Shown here one piece after another: positions 50,325 to 59,540 of a DNA stretch of 64,000 nucleotides. Within the stretch, counting starts at the first letter, position 1. Every line of letters starts with the position of its first letter. The stretch lies in IMG/VR virus record IMGVR_UViG_3300037455_000099, positions 1,383 to 65,382 of that record; one strand, written 5' to 3'. Below the pieces are notes generated by a model. It did no database searches, had not been told where the DNA came from, and saw only the letters and a program-made list of their open reading frames with translations. Made by a program: the position numbers and the translations under genes. Origin of the DNA: a virus (Duplodnaviria > Caudoviricetes).

Positions 50325-50639
50325 ATGGAAGAAACAAAAGTAACTAAAATCGACAAGAAGACCGTAGAAGAAGCAATCGAATTCATCCTTGAAGAAGGTA
50401 AGGAACTTGGCTATCAGGAAGCAGTAAGAATCTACGCTAAGAACTACAAGGACCTTATCAAGAAGGGAAGAAGACAGGGCATTGTCATTGGTGCTCTTAC
50501 TACAATCCTTGCGTTTCAGACTATCAAGAAGATTAAGAATGACATGCGCGAGAAGATTAAAGAAGAAGAGAAATCTAAGCAGCCCTTTGAAGTACATATC
50601 AATGATGTAAAGGAGACAGACTACGACGAGGAGGAATAA
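50325..50639 (+). CDS. small protein with central TM segment
   Basis: SD GGAGGT. Confidence 0.65.
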   Translation: MEETKVTKIDKKTVEEAIEFILEEGKELGYQEAVRIYAKNYKDLIKKGRRQGIVIGALTTILAFQTIKKIKNDMREKIKEEEKSKQPFEVHINDVKETDYDEEE

Positions 50640-50641
50640 AC

Positions 50642-50815
50642 TTGGCATACGTAAATGACTACAAAGAAGTTATATTTGGTGACTACTGTAAAAAGTGTAA
50701 GTATAAGGAACTTTCTGAGCAGGAAGAACCATGCTTTGAATGCATCGCCGAACCTGTAAACCTTTGGACACATCGTCCTGTTAAGTTTGAGGAGGATGAA
50801 AAGGCCAATGGATAG
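50642..50815 (+). CDS. 57-aa CxxC...CxxC putative zinc-binding protein (absent from the ORF track)
   Basis: TTG start after GGAGG; YCKKCK...PCFECI. Confidence 0.6.
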   Translation: MAYVNDYKEVIFGDYCKKCKYKELSEQEEPCFECIAEPVNLWTHRPVKFEEDEKANG

Positions 50816-51026
50816 GATCGAAATGAGTGAAAAAGATATTCTCATAAAGAAGATCAAAAACCTCGCAATAGATCCTAGTGATTACAGGGATGGCTCAGAG
50901 CTTTTGAAGCTTATGGATTTTTACGGGGTTAATAGTTTAATGGATATTTCTATTGAACAGTTAAGGAGTTACTATGAAAGAGCAACCGAACATACTGCGA
51001 CCAGAACAACTGGAAGCAGTAAATAA
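50808..51026 (+). CDS. small hypothetical protein
   Basis: SD GAGGAGG. Confidence 0.55.
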   Translation: MDRIEMSEKDILIKKIKNLAIDPSDYRDGSELLKLMDFYGVNSLMDISIEQLRSYYERATEHTATRTTGSSK

Positions 51027-52149
51027 AATGAAAAACGGCTGCATACTTAATGGAGGTGTGGGATCTGGCAAGTCTCGCACTTCCTTATATTATTGGTATT
51101 ATAGAACCGATAAAAGACCTTTATACATTATTACTACAGCAGCAAAAAGAGACAAAAAAGAATGGATCGAAGAAGGATTACCTTTTGGATTCAAAGCTGA
51201 TGGTAGTAATGTTGTGATAGACTCTTGGAATAATATTCAAAAGTATGCAAATGTTATGGGAGCTTTCTTTATATTTGACGAAGACCGCATTACGGGTAAC
51301 GGCAAATGGGTGAAAGCTTTCCTAAAATTAGCTAGAAGAAACAAATGGATTGTACTTTCTGCTACTCCTGGTGATAAGTGGGAAGATTATATCCCTATAT
51401 TTGTTGCTAATGGTTTCTATAAGAATAGAACAGAGTTTATGCAGGAACATGCGGTATATTGTCCGTATACTACATTTCCTAAAATTGACAGATGGATTGG
51501 AGTAAATAAACTTACTCGTCTTCGTAATGATATTCTTATACCAATAGACATTGAAAGGTTTACAGTTAGACATGAACAATGGATTGACTGTCCTTACAAT
51601 AGAACGTTGTATAAGCAAGTCATGAAGGATCGTTGGGATATTTACAAGAATGAACCATGTCAGCAGGCTTCTTCACTCTGTTATGTTCTTAGACGAATCT
51701 GCAATGAAGATGGTTCAAGACAGTTAAAAGTTCTTGAATTATTAGAAGATGTAGAAAAGTGTATTATATTCTATAACTTTGATTATGAATTAGAAATATT
51801 AAAGAGTTTAGGATATATTAGAGGAACAAGAATCGCAGAATGGAATGGTCACAAACACGAACCTATTCCAAAGACTAAGAGATGGGTATATTTAGTTCAA
51901 TACACTGCTGGATGTGAAGGATGGAACTGTATTGAGACTAATACTATTATATTCTTTAGTCAGAATTATAGTTATAAGGTATTAGAACAGGCAAGAGGTA
52001 GAATTGATAGAATGAATACTCGTTATAAGGATCTACATTACTATCATCTCATATCTCATTCTAATATTGATATGGCTATAAGAAATACGTTAAACAATAA
52101 AAAGAAGTTCAATGAAGGTAAGTTTGTTGAAAAGTGGAGGTTATTATAA
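50974..52149 (+). CDS. SF2 (SNF2/DEAD-like) helicase
   Basis: GGVGSGKS, FIFDE, LSATP, AGCEGWN, QARGRIDR. Confidence 0.85.
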   Translation: MKEQPNILRPEQLEAVNKMKNGCILNGGVGSGKSRTSLYYWYYRTDKRPLYIITTAAKRDKKEWIEEGLPFGFKADGSNVVIDSWNNIQKYANVMGAFFIFDEDRITGNGKWVKAFLKLARRNKWIVLSATPGDKWEDYIPIFVANGFYKNRTEFMQEHAVYCPYTTFPKIDRWIGVNKLTRLRNDILIPIDIERFTVRHEQWIDCPYNRTLYKQVMKDRWDIYKNEPCQQASSLCYVLRRICNEDGSRQLKVLELLEDVEKCIIFYNFDYELEILKSLGYIRGTRIAEWNGHKHEPIPKTKRWVYLVQYTAGCEGWNCIETNTIIFFSQNYSYKVLEQARGRIDRMNTRYKDLHYYHLISHSNIDMAIRNTLNNKKKFNEGKFVEKWRLL

Positions 52150-53600
52150 TGGAAAAGAAACTTGAGATTAAAAAGTTAGCTGATGTAGTTGTATGGGCTG
52201 ATAACGAAATTGAGGAAATTAAAAATGCTTTATATGAGGAAGAATTTGAGAACTGTGACGAGGCTAAGGATTTAGAAGTGGTTAAGAAGGTTGTTCTCGA
52301 AGCTATAAACAGACACAATACTTACACTAATGCCCTCAACAAGGATATTGCAGATAAGGAGGCTAAGATTGAACTTCTTGAGAAGGAACTTGAAGGACGT
52401 AAGGAAGGATACACGGCTCTTAAGGAACTCATTGATACAAAGTATATTTCTATTGAAGAGCACAACAAAATCTGTAAGAAGAACAATGATACCATTGAAG
52501 ACTACGAGGAAGAGATTGCTTCTCTTAACACTCAGTTAAAGGTAGCTGATGATCTGCGGATGCACAAGGATCAGGACATTATCAGACAGGCAGAAGCTCT
52601 CAGGGAACGAGACGCAAAGATCGAAAAGCTTGAAAAGGAACTCGAACACAGGAGGAACATGACTGACGATGAAAATTGTGTAATGAACAGTCTTTATGAT
52701 GAAATCGCTAGAAGAACGGAGAAGATTAATGAACTTACTATCAAGGTTACCAATCAGAAGAAAAACCTCGACGGTATCAACAAAACTCTTGAAATAAGAA
52801 ATAAAGAAAATGAAAGTCTTATCCAGGTAAGGAACAACATGGACAGAGAAATTGAGGCTCATGAAGCGGAGAATAAGAGACTTACTGAGAAGATTAAGGA
52901 ACTGAGAGATCTTGCCAACGTGAATAAGAACACGATCGACTATCACTATGAAGCTTGTGAAAAGTTAAAGAAAAAGATTGCTGAGCTTGAGAAAGAAAAC
53001 GGTGATTATGCTATTCGTGTTAACAACCTTACTAAAGAGCTTGAGAAGACGTATGCAGAAAAGGAAGCTGATTTAAAGAATCACAACAGAAGGGACATGA
53101 ATCTTGTTGATGAACTTGCCGGTAAGAATGATAAGATCAAGGGTCTTGTCGAGGAGATCGAGTATTATAAGAGTCAGGAACATATAAGAACCGACCAGCT
53201 TAGAGCAACTGAGTCTAAGGTTGAACAGCTATACAAGGAGATTGAACAGCTTAAATATGACAACTCATATCTTACGAAAGCAAGCAAGAACAAGAATGAT
53301 ATTATACGCAAGGCTTACGTGCGTTATGTAGATGAAGCTTGCAAGGGAAGAGAGGAGATAATGAATGAGTGCTACAAAAAGCTCACAAAAGACGACACAG
53401 GATACCAGGGATTTAAACAGTATACTCTCAGGGCTCTCGAAGCGGAGAAAGGAAACGAAGAAAAAGCAAAGGAATTCATCGACTGTGCAGCCAGCATCAT
53501 CTTCTACAACAAAAAAGCAGAAGAGAAAAGGAAAGAAGAAACCAAGAAAGAACTGAATGAGGCTTTCGGTGTTCCTTGTGGCGAGGATAGTATTGAGTGA
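52134..53600 (+). CDS. long coiled-coil protein
   Basis: 488 aa; E/K/N-rich heptads. Confidence 0.7.
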   Translation: MEVIIMEKKLEIKKLADVVVWADNEIEEIKNALYEEEFENCDEAKDLEVVKKVVLEAINRHNTYTNALNKDIADKEAKIELLEKELEGRKEGYTALKELIDTKYISIEEHNKICKKNNDTIEDYEEEIASLNTQLKVADDLRMHKDQDIIRQAEALRERDAKIEKLEKELEHRRNMTDDENCVMNSLYDEIARRTEKINELTIKVTNQKKNLDGINKTLEIRNKENESLIQVRNNMDREIEAHEAENKRLTEKIKELRDLANVNKNTIDYHYEACEKLKKKIAELEKENGDYAIRVNNLTKELEKTYAEKEADLKNHNRRDMNLVDELAGKNDKIKGLVEEIEYYKSQEHIRTDQLRATESKVEQLYKEIEQLKYDNSYLTKASKNKNDIIRKAYVRYVDEACKGREEIMNECYKKLTKDDTGYQGFKQYTLRALEAEKGNEEKAKEFIDCAASIIFYNKKAEEKRKEETKKELNEAFGVPCGEDSIE

Positions 53601-53674
53601 TGGATTACTGGATTATGACGTAGAACTCGCATATTTGGAGTATATAACTTTGTTGCATTGGCGTCAAATGAATT

Positions 53675-53700
53675 CGTGTTATATTCACATCCTATAATGG
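53675..53700 (+). promoter_or_regulatory. phage promoter motif P14
   Basis: CGTGTTATATTCACATCCTATAATGG. Confidence 0.8.
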
Positions 53701-53741
53701 TAGAATTTATTTTAATCTTATTTTTATAGGAGGAATTTTAA

Positions 53742-54113
53742 ATGACAAACTTTGAAGTACCTGGTTTATTAAGGATTAAGATCGGCAGTCACACATTCCG
53801 TGTAGTAGATTGCTCTAGAGTTGAGGATCTTACTGTGTATGACCGTTTAGGCCAGACCGGATTTGCAAAAGTTGACGGTGAATATCGCATCGTATATGTC
53901 AGCGAAACCGCTGATCAGTTAGAGATGGATAGAATCGCAAAATACAAATTCGTAGTCGGTCAGTACGGTTACGACACAGTGGAGCGCCTCAAGCAGGCAT
54001 CAATGACACCGTGGCCAGATGACGACTTACTTTACAAAGTAGTAGGCCAGATTGACAACGAAGGATATGACCGAATTGTTAAAATGAAAATAGGATTCTA
54101 CGAAAAGTTCTAA
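53742..54113 (+). CDS. hypothetical protein (P14 cassette)
   Basis: SD AGGAGG. Confidence 0.7.
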   Translation: MTNFEVPGLLRIKIGSHTFRVVDCSRVEDLTVYDRLGQTGFAKVDGEYRIVYVSETADQLEMDRIAKYKFVVGQYGYDTVERLKQASMTPWPDDDLLYKVVGQIDNEGYDRIVKMKIGFYEKF

Positions 54114-54181
54114 AAAGAACATGGCGAATGTAAGTCCTATGGATTCAGAAATGAGTTCATAGGCTTTTCGCTTTTATATTT

Positions 54182-54487
54182 TTGGAGGTAATTAAAATGG
54201 GACCAGAGTTTAATGAGAAGTTGCAATGGGCTAGATATTTGCAGATGGAACATAATGAAGCTCGAAGAAAAGAAAGAGCTCGCATGGCTAAAATAGAAGA
54301 GGAAATTAAGAAAGAAGAAGAGGATAAAGATGTAGAAGATAAGTATATGAACTATAATGTTGAAGAAGAATCTACAGAGGAAACTAAAACCGATAAAATT
54401 CCAGAGATATTTGCTGTAGTATTCTCACTCTTATTCTTTGGTGGATTACTTGGTACTATTTTCTGGATTATTGCGACTTTAAGTTGA
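54182..54487 (+). CDS. hypothetical protein with C-terminal TM helix
   Basis: Shares KYMNY.VEE..E...KTD plus TM segment with 55859. Confidence 0.6.
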   Translation: MEVIKMGPEFNEKLQWARYLQMEHNEARRKERARMAKIEEEIKKEEEDKDVEDKYMNYNVEEESTEETKTDKIPEIFAVVFSLLFFGGLLGTIFWIIATLS

Positions 54488-54490
54488 GGA

Positions 54491-54817
54491 GTGTTTAAAA
54501 TGGAACAGTGTTGCATGGATTTAGCAGCTACATTTAAGTATGAACTTTGTTGTACTTCTGATAGTAAAATAGAGGAGTATGTCACAATACTTAAACAGAA
54601 TGGATATCTTATCAAAGAAGAGGAAAAAGCTAAGAAAATATGGCAGCCTGATTGGGATAAGAGCGAACCGAAGTATAAGAAGATTAAGTATTATGTGATT
54701 TATATTCCTGATGTTAAGCATTTACAGGCTATATCTGTTATATTAGGTAAAGAGATTATTATGGGTGTTCTTGACGGAATGGCTTACATCGAAATCTACG
54801 ACGACTACAGGGAGTGA
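54491..54817 (+). CDS. hypothetical protein
   Basis: SD GAGGAG; IEIYDDYRE C-terminus. Confidence 0.6.
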   Translation: MFKMEQCCMDLAATFKYELCCTSDSKIEEYVTILKQNGYLIKEEEKAKKIWQPDWDKSEPKYKKIKYYVIYIPDVKHLQAISVILGKEIIMGVLDGMAYIEIYDDYRE

Positions 54818-54917
54818 TATTTATGAGTATATTATATCCAAGAGGAGCAGGAAGACATCCTAGAATGATTTTTATTGATAACTTTGAATATGAAAGTGAA
54901 ATGGAATACTTTTGTAG

Positions 54918-55190
54918 ATGGATGCTGAAGAAGCATTTGAAGAGACCATTAGAATATTTGGAGGTTGTGTTATGATGTATCGCTGTAAGGAGGCCATACC
55001 TCTGGATAACACATGGAGCGGACAGTATTTAGGTAGTGGTGGAACAATAAAACCTAACGATAAGTTTGTGTTGATCAAGACTCCTACACCAAAGAAGAAG
55101 CTCTATCAACTTCAGAGTGTTGGGCGATGGCCTTATATTCTGCAGATTAGAGAGAATGACTTTAAACGATATTTTGAGGAGGTAGAATAA
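54918..55190 (+). CDS. hypothetical protein
   Basis: ORF track; translationally coupled to the next gene. Confidence 0.5.
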   Translation: MDAEEAFEETIRIFGGCVMMYRCKEAIPLDNTWSGQYLGSGGTIKPNDKFVLIKTPTPKKKLYQLQSVGRWPYILQIRENDFKRYFEEVE

Positions 55191-55843
55191 TGATTAAATT
55201 CGGTGACTGGACAATACCTGGAGTGTGTGAATGGTACTTTGCGGTTGAAGGTATGAGAAACCCATTCAATAGCTGGGATATGTCTGATAGTAATGTCAAA
55301 GGGAAGAAGAACGGATATTTTGATTTAGGTGAGAATGATAAAGGTTTAGCAATAAGACTCACTGTTGCTGGACCAGAACACAGAAAGTTTCTTAGAATGC
55401 TTAATGCTTACGTGAGGATTACGGCGCCACTTTACTTTTTAAAAGAGCTTGACACTTATAAGATAGGAACTGTGTGCAACTCTTGCAGTACGATGCATAA
55501 AATAATGGATCACGAATTTACTCTCGATGATTTTAGTCATGATAAGTTATCGGTTATTTCTCTTGAGAGTTTAAAGGATATAATAAAACAGCTTAACACT
55601 CTTAGAAACTTATATTTGAACTCTACTGATAACGCTATGAAGAAACAGTATTGGTATGAAATCATTCAGCTACTGCCTTCGTCATATATGCAGACTAGGA
55701 ATTATATGTTCTCTTTCGAAACTTTGATGAATATTCATAAGCAGAGACGTGGACACAAACTCGATGAGTGGCATAAGTTCTGTGAAGAGATTGAAAAGAT
55801 TCCTTATTTGAATGAGTTTATTGAGGCTGTGGAAGATGAATAA
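55190..55843 (+). CDS. conserved phage protein, possibly ThyX-related
   Basis: GMRNP.NSW..SDS, HRKFLR, NSCSTMHKI, QLLPSSY, RRGHKLDEW. Confidence 0.55.
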   Translation: MIKFGDWTIPGVCEWYFAVEGMRNPFNSWDMSDSNVKGKKNGYFDLGENDKGLAIRLTVAGPEHRKFLRMLNAYVRITAPLYFLKELDTYKIGTVCNSCSTMHKIMDHEFTLDDFSHDKLSVISLESLKDIIKQLNTLRNLYLNSTDNAMKKQYWYEIIQLLPSSYMQTRNYMFSFETLMNIHKQRRGHKLDEWHKFCEEIEKIPYLNEFIEAVEDE

Positions 55844-55858
55844 GGAGATGGAGGAAGA

Positions 55859-56173
55859 ATGAGTGAACCCACAAAGATAACATTATACGCTGATAATAAG
55901 CCATACCAAGTTATAGACTTAAAAGATATTGATGATATGTCAGAAGAAGAATACAATGATAAACTCAAAGATGCTTGGTTTAAGGAAACGCATTACAAGA
56001 CTGTCGAAGAACTCACAATGGCAAAGTATATGAATTATGAGGTTGAAGAGCAGGAAGAAGAGAGACCTAAGGAGAAGACCGATTGGTCCGGTATAGTTTG
56101 TGGCATTATATATTATGGTACTATTATTGGACTAATAATATGTGCAATAATTAAAGTGATTAATGGAAGATGA
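55859..56173 (+). CDS. hypothetical protein with C-terminal TM helix
   Basis: SD GGAGG. Confidence 0.6.
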   Translation: MSEPTKITLYADNKPYQVIDLKDIDDMSEEEYNDKLKDAWFKETHYKTVEELTMAKYMNYEVEEQEEERPKEKTDWSGIVCGIIYYGTIIGLIICAIIKVINGR

Positions 56174-56179
56174 TTGGGT

Positions 56180-56205
56180 CGTTTATATTTCACTTTGTAT
56201 TATGA
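56180..56205 (+). promoter_or_regulatory. phage promoter motif P15
   Basis: CGTTTATATTTCACTTTGTATTATGA. Confidence 0.78.
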
Positions 56206-56217
56206 GGAGGTGATAAT

Positions 56218-56349
56218 ATGACTACTGAAGAACAAGCTAAAGTAGTTGAAAGTGGTAAAGAGATAGATCAGTCTATGATAATGCATTGGCGAAACGGTAT
56301 GAGAGCCGACATAACAGATTTAGCAGAAGAAGTAATCAATATTATCTAA
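56218..56349 (+). CDS. 43-aa peptide (P15 cassette)
   Basis: MTTEEQAKVVESGKEIDQSMIMHWRNG...; SD GAGGAGGTG. Confidence 0.65.
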   Translation: MTTEEQAKVVESGKEIDQSMIMHWRNGMRADITDLAEEVINII

Positions 56350-56407
56350 TAAGAAGGTAAGTCCTACGGAGTATATTCGTAGGCTCTTCGCTTTTGGAGG
56401 TCAAATA

Positions 56408-56722
56408 ATGTCAAAATTTAAAGTAGGAGATATAGTAAGAATTATTGGAGCAGAGTCTTCTTTGATATTCGCGTATCCTAGAGTTATTGTGAACAAATCA
56501 GCAATGGGTGATATGGTAGTCACAAGAATTGTGGAGACAAAAGATGTTTCTCCTTTTGCTGGTGATGAAGGTAAGACTATAAATCATTGTTACGTTGATA
56601 TCGAAAGATGTGACGGTAAGGAGTTTATGATTTGTATTCCTAATAGTGATGAGGATTTTACTTCTAAGTTCGTTACTATCAATGAAGACGATCTTGAGTT
56701 AATTGAGGATAGGAGAATGTAG
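56408..56722 (+). CDS. hypothetical protein (KFKVGDIV SH3/KOW-like start)
   Basis: SD GGAGGT. Confidence 0.6.
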   Translation: MSKFKVGDIVRIIGAESSLIFAYPRVIVNKSAMGDMVVTRIVETKDVSPFAGDEGKTINHCYVDIERCDGKEFMICIPNSDEDFTSKFVTINEDDLELIEDRRM

Positions 56723-56723
56723 A

Positions 56724-56999
56724 ATGGAAATGGTTTTGGATAAGAACTACCACATATTTAAGGTAACGAAGAAGATTGCTACTGGAGATAGTGTGTTAGG
56801 TTATTATTATTCTGATGACAAAAAGAAAGTAGAAGAATACCTGCACAAGTGGGATGTTCACTTTGATAATGTAGAAGTGATACCTATTGTCGATATTGTA
56901 AATGATATTAACGTAGGTGGAAGACGTCACCATCAGAGTATCACTGACACTGAGATTGGTAGAATGTTCAGGAGGATTATTGGACATCATGAAGAGTAG
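56724..56999 (+). CDS. hypothetical protein
   Basis: SD AGGAG. Confidence 0.55.
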   Translation: MEMVLDKNYHIFKVTKKIATGDSVLGYYYSDDKKKVEEYLHKWDVHFDNVEVIPIVDIVNDINVGGRRHHQSITDTEIGRMFRRIIGHHEE

Positions 57000-57070
57000 G
57001 GATATTTGCAATTACCTGTTTGCTCTGTTGTGGGTTCTTGAATGGAATGGAGTAATCAAAGCAGGCTATG

Positions 57071-57096
57071 CGCGTACTAATCATCTTCTTTAGTGA
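57071..57096 (+). promoter_or_regulatory. phage promoter motif P16
   Basis: CGCGTACTAATCATCTTCTTTAGTGA. Confidence 0.75.
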
Positions 57097-57109
57097 GGAG
57101 GTGATTTAG

Positions 57110-57328
57110 ATGTATATGGATTTTGATGACATTTGGTTTATTATATTTGTTACTTTTGCATACACAATAGGAAGTACAATGATGGCATTCAAATTGACCG
57201 ATATGTTAGACAACGAACCATCTGTAGAAAAGATGAGTCGTCATTTTATATTATGGCCAATAGAAACATTATTTATACTTATTATTAGTTTAAAAATGTA
57301 TTTAAAAGAAAAGTATAATAATAAGTAA
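57110..57328 (+). CDS. small 2-TM protein (P16 cassette)
   Basis: SD GAGGAGGTG. Confidence 0.7.
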   Translation: MYMDFDDIWFIIFVTFAYTIGSTMMAFKLTDMLDNEPSVEKMSRHFILWPIETLFILIISLKMYLKEKYNNK

Positions 57329-57405
57329 ATTTTAAATCACAAAAGTTATTGGAGTTGGACCTAGATTCAGCTCCTTTAACGTTTTAAAGAAAGGAAATAT
57401 ATGTT

Positions 57406-57657
57406 ATGATGTATTGGAGTTTTTGGAATAAGATAAAAGGATATTGCAAGAAGTACAAAGTGTACATTGCAATAAAGAATATTGGGGAAGATATGATGAC
57501 AATTAAGATTGAAGAACCAATGACAAAGTTAAGATGGCATGAGACCTGGAATTACTGCAAAGAAGATGAAGAAGAGTTTCTCTCGAGACTTGAACAGACT
57601 CTAAAAGATTGCAGAAAGGATGTAAAGAAATTTAAAGAGGATTTCTTTGATAATTAA
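57406..57657 (+). CDS. hypothetical protein
   Basis: SD AAAGGA. Confidence 0.55.
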   Translation: MMYWSFWNKIKGYCKKYKVYIAIKNIGEDMMTIKIEEPMTKLRWHETWNYCKEDEEEFLSRLEQTLKDCRKDVKKFKEDFFDN

Positions 57658-57675
57658 TAGGAAAGGATTATTAAA

Positions 57676-58071
57676 ATGAAATTTGAAACTAAAGTAGAAC
57701 TTGGTAAGAAAGCGTATGAACTTGTGAAAGAAGGAACTGATATTCGTGAGGCTATGATCCCTATTGCTACAGTTTGTGCTCTTGATGAAGCTGCAACAGG
57801 AGAATCGTGTGATCCTCTTGAACTGTTTATCCTTGGTATAAACGAGTATACAATAGACTCCGTCGCTGAGACTATGAAACAGGCTATACTTGATGGACAG
57901 TCTAAAGACCACGGCATACTTGATAATTACAAAGAAGCAGTGTCAATGTTAACCAAGGATTTAGTAAAGTGTGGCAAAGAAGAACTTGTGGGTACATTCC
58001 TTCCAGCTAATACGTTACTCGGCATGGCTCTGTGTAAAGCAGGCGAAAGAATGATGCGTGGAGAGAAGTAA
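57676..58071 (+). CDS. hypothetical protein
   Basis: SD AGGAAAGG. Confidence 0.65.
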   Translation: MKFETKVELGKKAYELVKEGTDIREAMIPIATVCALDEAATGESCDPLELFILGINEYTIDSVAETMKQAILDGQSKDHGILDNYKEAVSMLTKDLVKCGKEELVGTFLPANTLLGMALCKAGERMMRGEK

Positions 58072-58073
58072 GT

Positions 58074-58099
58074 CGTTTGAAAAACATACACTTTAATGG
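58074..58099 (+). promoter_or_regulatory. phage promoter motif P17
   Basis: CGTTTGAAAAACATACACTTTAATGG. Confidence 0.75.
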
Positions 58100-58110
58100 A
58101 GGTGTTGTTT

Positions 58111-58317
58111 ATGAAATACAGAACATTTAAAAGAAAAGTAAAGAAGATAAAACCTTTTGCAATAATAGACTGGATACTAACATCTATAGTCACCATAATA
58201 TGTGGAGTTATTGAACTCGTAGCATTATGTAGTGGCGAATGGATTACGGCAGCAGCTATTGTAGCACTTGGTGTATGTTTATTACTTTGTATTAAATGGG
58301 TTATTCCAAACGACTAG
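58111..58317 (+). CDS. small 2-TM protein (P17 cassette)
   Basis: SD GGAGGTG. Confidence 0.7.
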   Translation: MKYRTFKRKVKKIKPFAIIDWILTSIVTIICGVIELVALCSGEWITAAAIVALGVCLLLCIKWVIPND

Positions 58318-58355
58318 AAACTAGGCCCCTTGATATTCAGGGGCTTTTAGTTTTT

Positions 58356-58381
58356 CGTTCAAGAATCATATTCTATTATGG
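58356..58381 (+). promoter_or_regulatory. phage promoter motif P18
   Basis: CGTTCAAGAATCATATTCTATTATGG. Confidence 0.78.
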
Positions 58382-58395
58382 AAGGAGGGATTCTA

Positions 58396-58461
58396 ATGAT
58401 TGATATACTATTAATAATACTTAGTGTTGGTATTGGATATTTATTAGTCAAGAAAGGATGA
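58396..58461 (+). CDS. 21-aa single-TM peptide (P18 cassette)
   Basis: MIDILLIILSVGIGYLLVKKG; SD AAGGAGG. Confidence 0.6.
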   Translation: MIDILLIILSVGIGYLLVKKG

Positions 58462-58499
58462 TCCTAAACTAAAGCTCGCAATCGTGGGCTTTAGTATTT

Positions 58500-58525
58500 C
58501 GCGTAAAATTCACTCCCTTTAATGG
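58500..58525 (+). promoter_or_regulatory. phage promoter motif P19
   Basis: CGCGTAAAATTCACTCCCTTTAATGG. Confidence 0.8.
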
Positions 58526-58554
58526 AAGATAAGTAACTACAACCTTTAAGGAGG

Positions 58555-58773
58555 ATGTTTATTATGAAAAAAGTTATGACTAATATATTTGCAGTAGTAT
58601 TTGCAGTTATGATGATGTTATCTGTAGTATTCATTAGTGCTGGATTTATTGATGCATGTAGCAACAATTGGATCGGCATAATTGAATTCTTTGGAGGCAT
58701 AGCATTATGCGCAGTATTATTCAAAGGATTAGATGGAATGATGGCTTTCATCGATAAGAAATTTGACAAATAA
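58555..58773 (+). CDS. small 2-TM protein (P19 cassette)
   Basis: SD AAGGAGG. Confidence 0.7.
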   Translation: MFIMKKVMTNIFAVVFAVMMMLSVVFISAGFIDACSNNWIGIIEFFGGIALCAVLFKGLDGMMAFIDKKFDK

Positions 58774-58862
58774 GGACAATAGAAACTTATTCAATCTTAA
58801 GGACTCAAATTCAGAGTCTTTGAGATTTTTATCCCCCTTTTTATTTGTTATAGGAGGTTATT

Positions 58863-59045
58863 ATGGAACAAATTAATATTATGTTATTATTTACAGAGAA
58901 ACATCCAGAGTTATTAAAATATATTTCTCACTACGAAATGTTAGACAATAGTGAAGCAATAGAGATACATTACAAGAATGGTGCAATAGAAGTGTGGAGT
59001 TATTATGATGATATGTTTGTAACTGTGAGAGATAGATTATTGTAG
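58863..59045 (+). CDS. small hypothetical protein
   Basis: SD AGGAGGT. Confidence 0.6.
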   Translation: MEQINIMLLFTEKHPELLKYISHYEMLDNSEAIEIHYKNGAIEVWSYYDDMFVTVRDRLL

Positions 59046-59047
59046 TT

Positions 59048-59073
59048 CGCGTGTAATTCATATCCTTTAATGG
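59048..59073 (+). promoter_or_regulatory. phage promoter motif P20
   Basis: CGCGTGTAATTCATATCCTTTAATGG. Confidence 0.8.
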
Positions 59074-59097
59074 AAGATATTAAAAGGAGGAATTATT

Positions 59098-59244
59098 ATG
59101 ATGAATAAAATAAAAACTTTAAGAAATAAATATGTAGAAGAAGAAAACGTAAAGATGTTTTGGATCTGTGATATGATCGCACACATCCCTACAGTTCTAG
59201 CTTTAGCAATTTGTGCAATTATAGTTATTATCGCTATTATCTAA
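59098..59244 (+). CDS. 48-aa peptide with C-terminal TM helix (P20 cassette)
   Basis: MMNKIKTLRNKY...VLALAICAIIVIIAII; SD AAGGAGG. Confidence 0.65.
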   Translation: MMNKIKTLRNKYVEEENVKMFWICDMIAHIPTVLALAICAIIVIIAII

Positions 59245-59334
59245 AATTTTGATATATTTATAATCTTCCAAAACCATTAGGGTTTGAGCCCCCACTCAGA
59301 TCCTTTTGGTTTTTTATTGATTGAGGAACGAAAC

Positions 59335-59360
59335 CGTGTGATATTCTTATTGTGTTATGG
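59335..59360 (+). promoter_or_regulatory. phage promoter motif P21
   Basis: CGTGTGATATTCTTATTGTGTTATGG. Confidence 0.72.
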
Positions 59361-59372
59361 AGGTGAATAGAA

Positions 59373-59540
59373 ATGATTGATTGGTTCTTTGATGAACTCC
59401 CTTATTGGATATTTGAAATAGAGTATTTCATTTGGAAGATGACACTGTATTTCATTAAGTATTTATTAGAAGGAATGTTAGCAATATGGGATGCTTCGAA
59501 AGAATTAATAATTTATATTCGCAACAAAAGTAAAAAATGA
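59373..59540 (+). CDS. 55-aa aromatic/hydrophobic peptide (P21 cassette)
   Basis: MIDWFFDELPYWIFEIEYFIWK...; SD GGAGGTG. Confidence 0.6.
   Translation: MIDWFFDELPYWIFEIEYFIWKMTLYFIKYLLEGMLAIWDASKELIIYIRNKSKK

Noticed and set aside
55190-55843. Assigning gene symbol thyX
   Set aside because: The canonical ThyX motif RHRx7SxR is not evident; left as possibly related.
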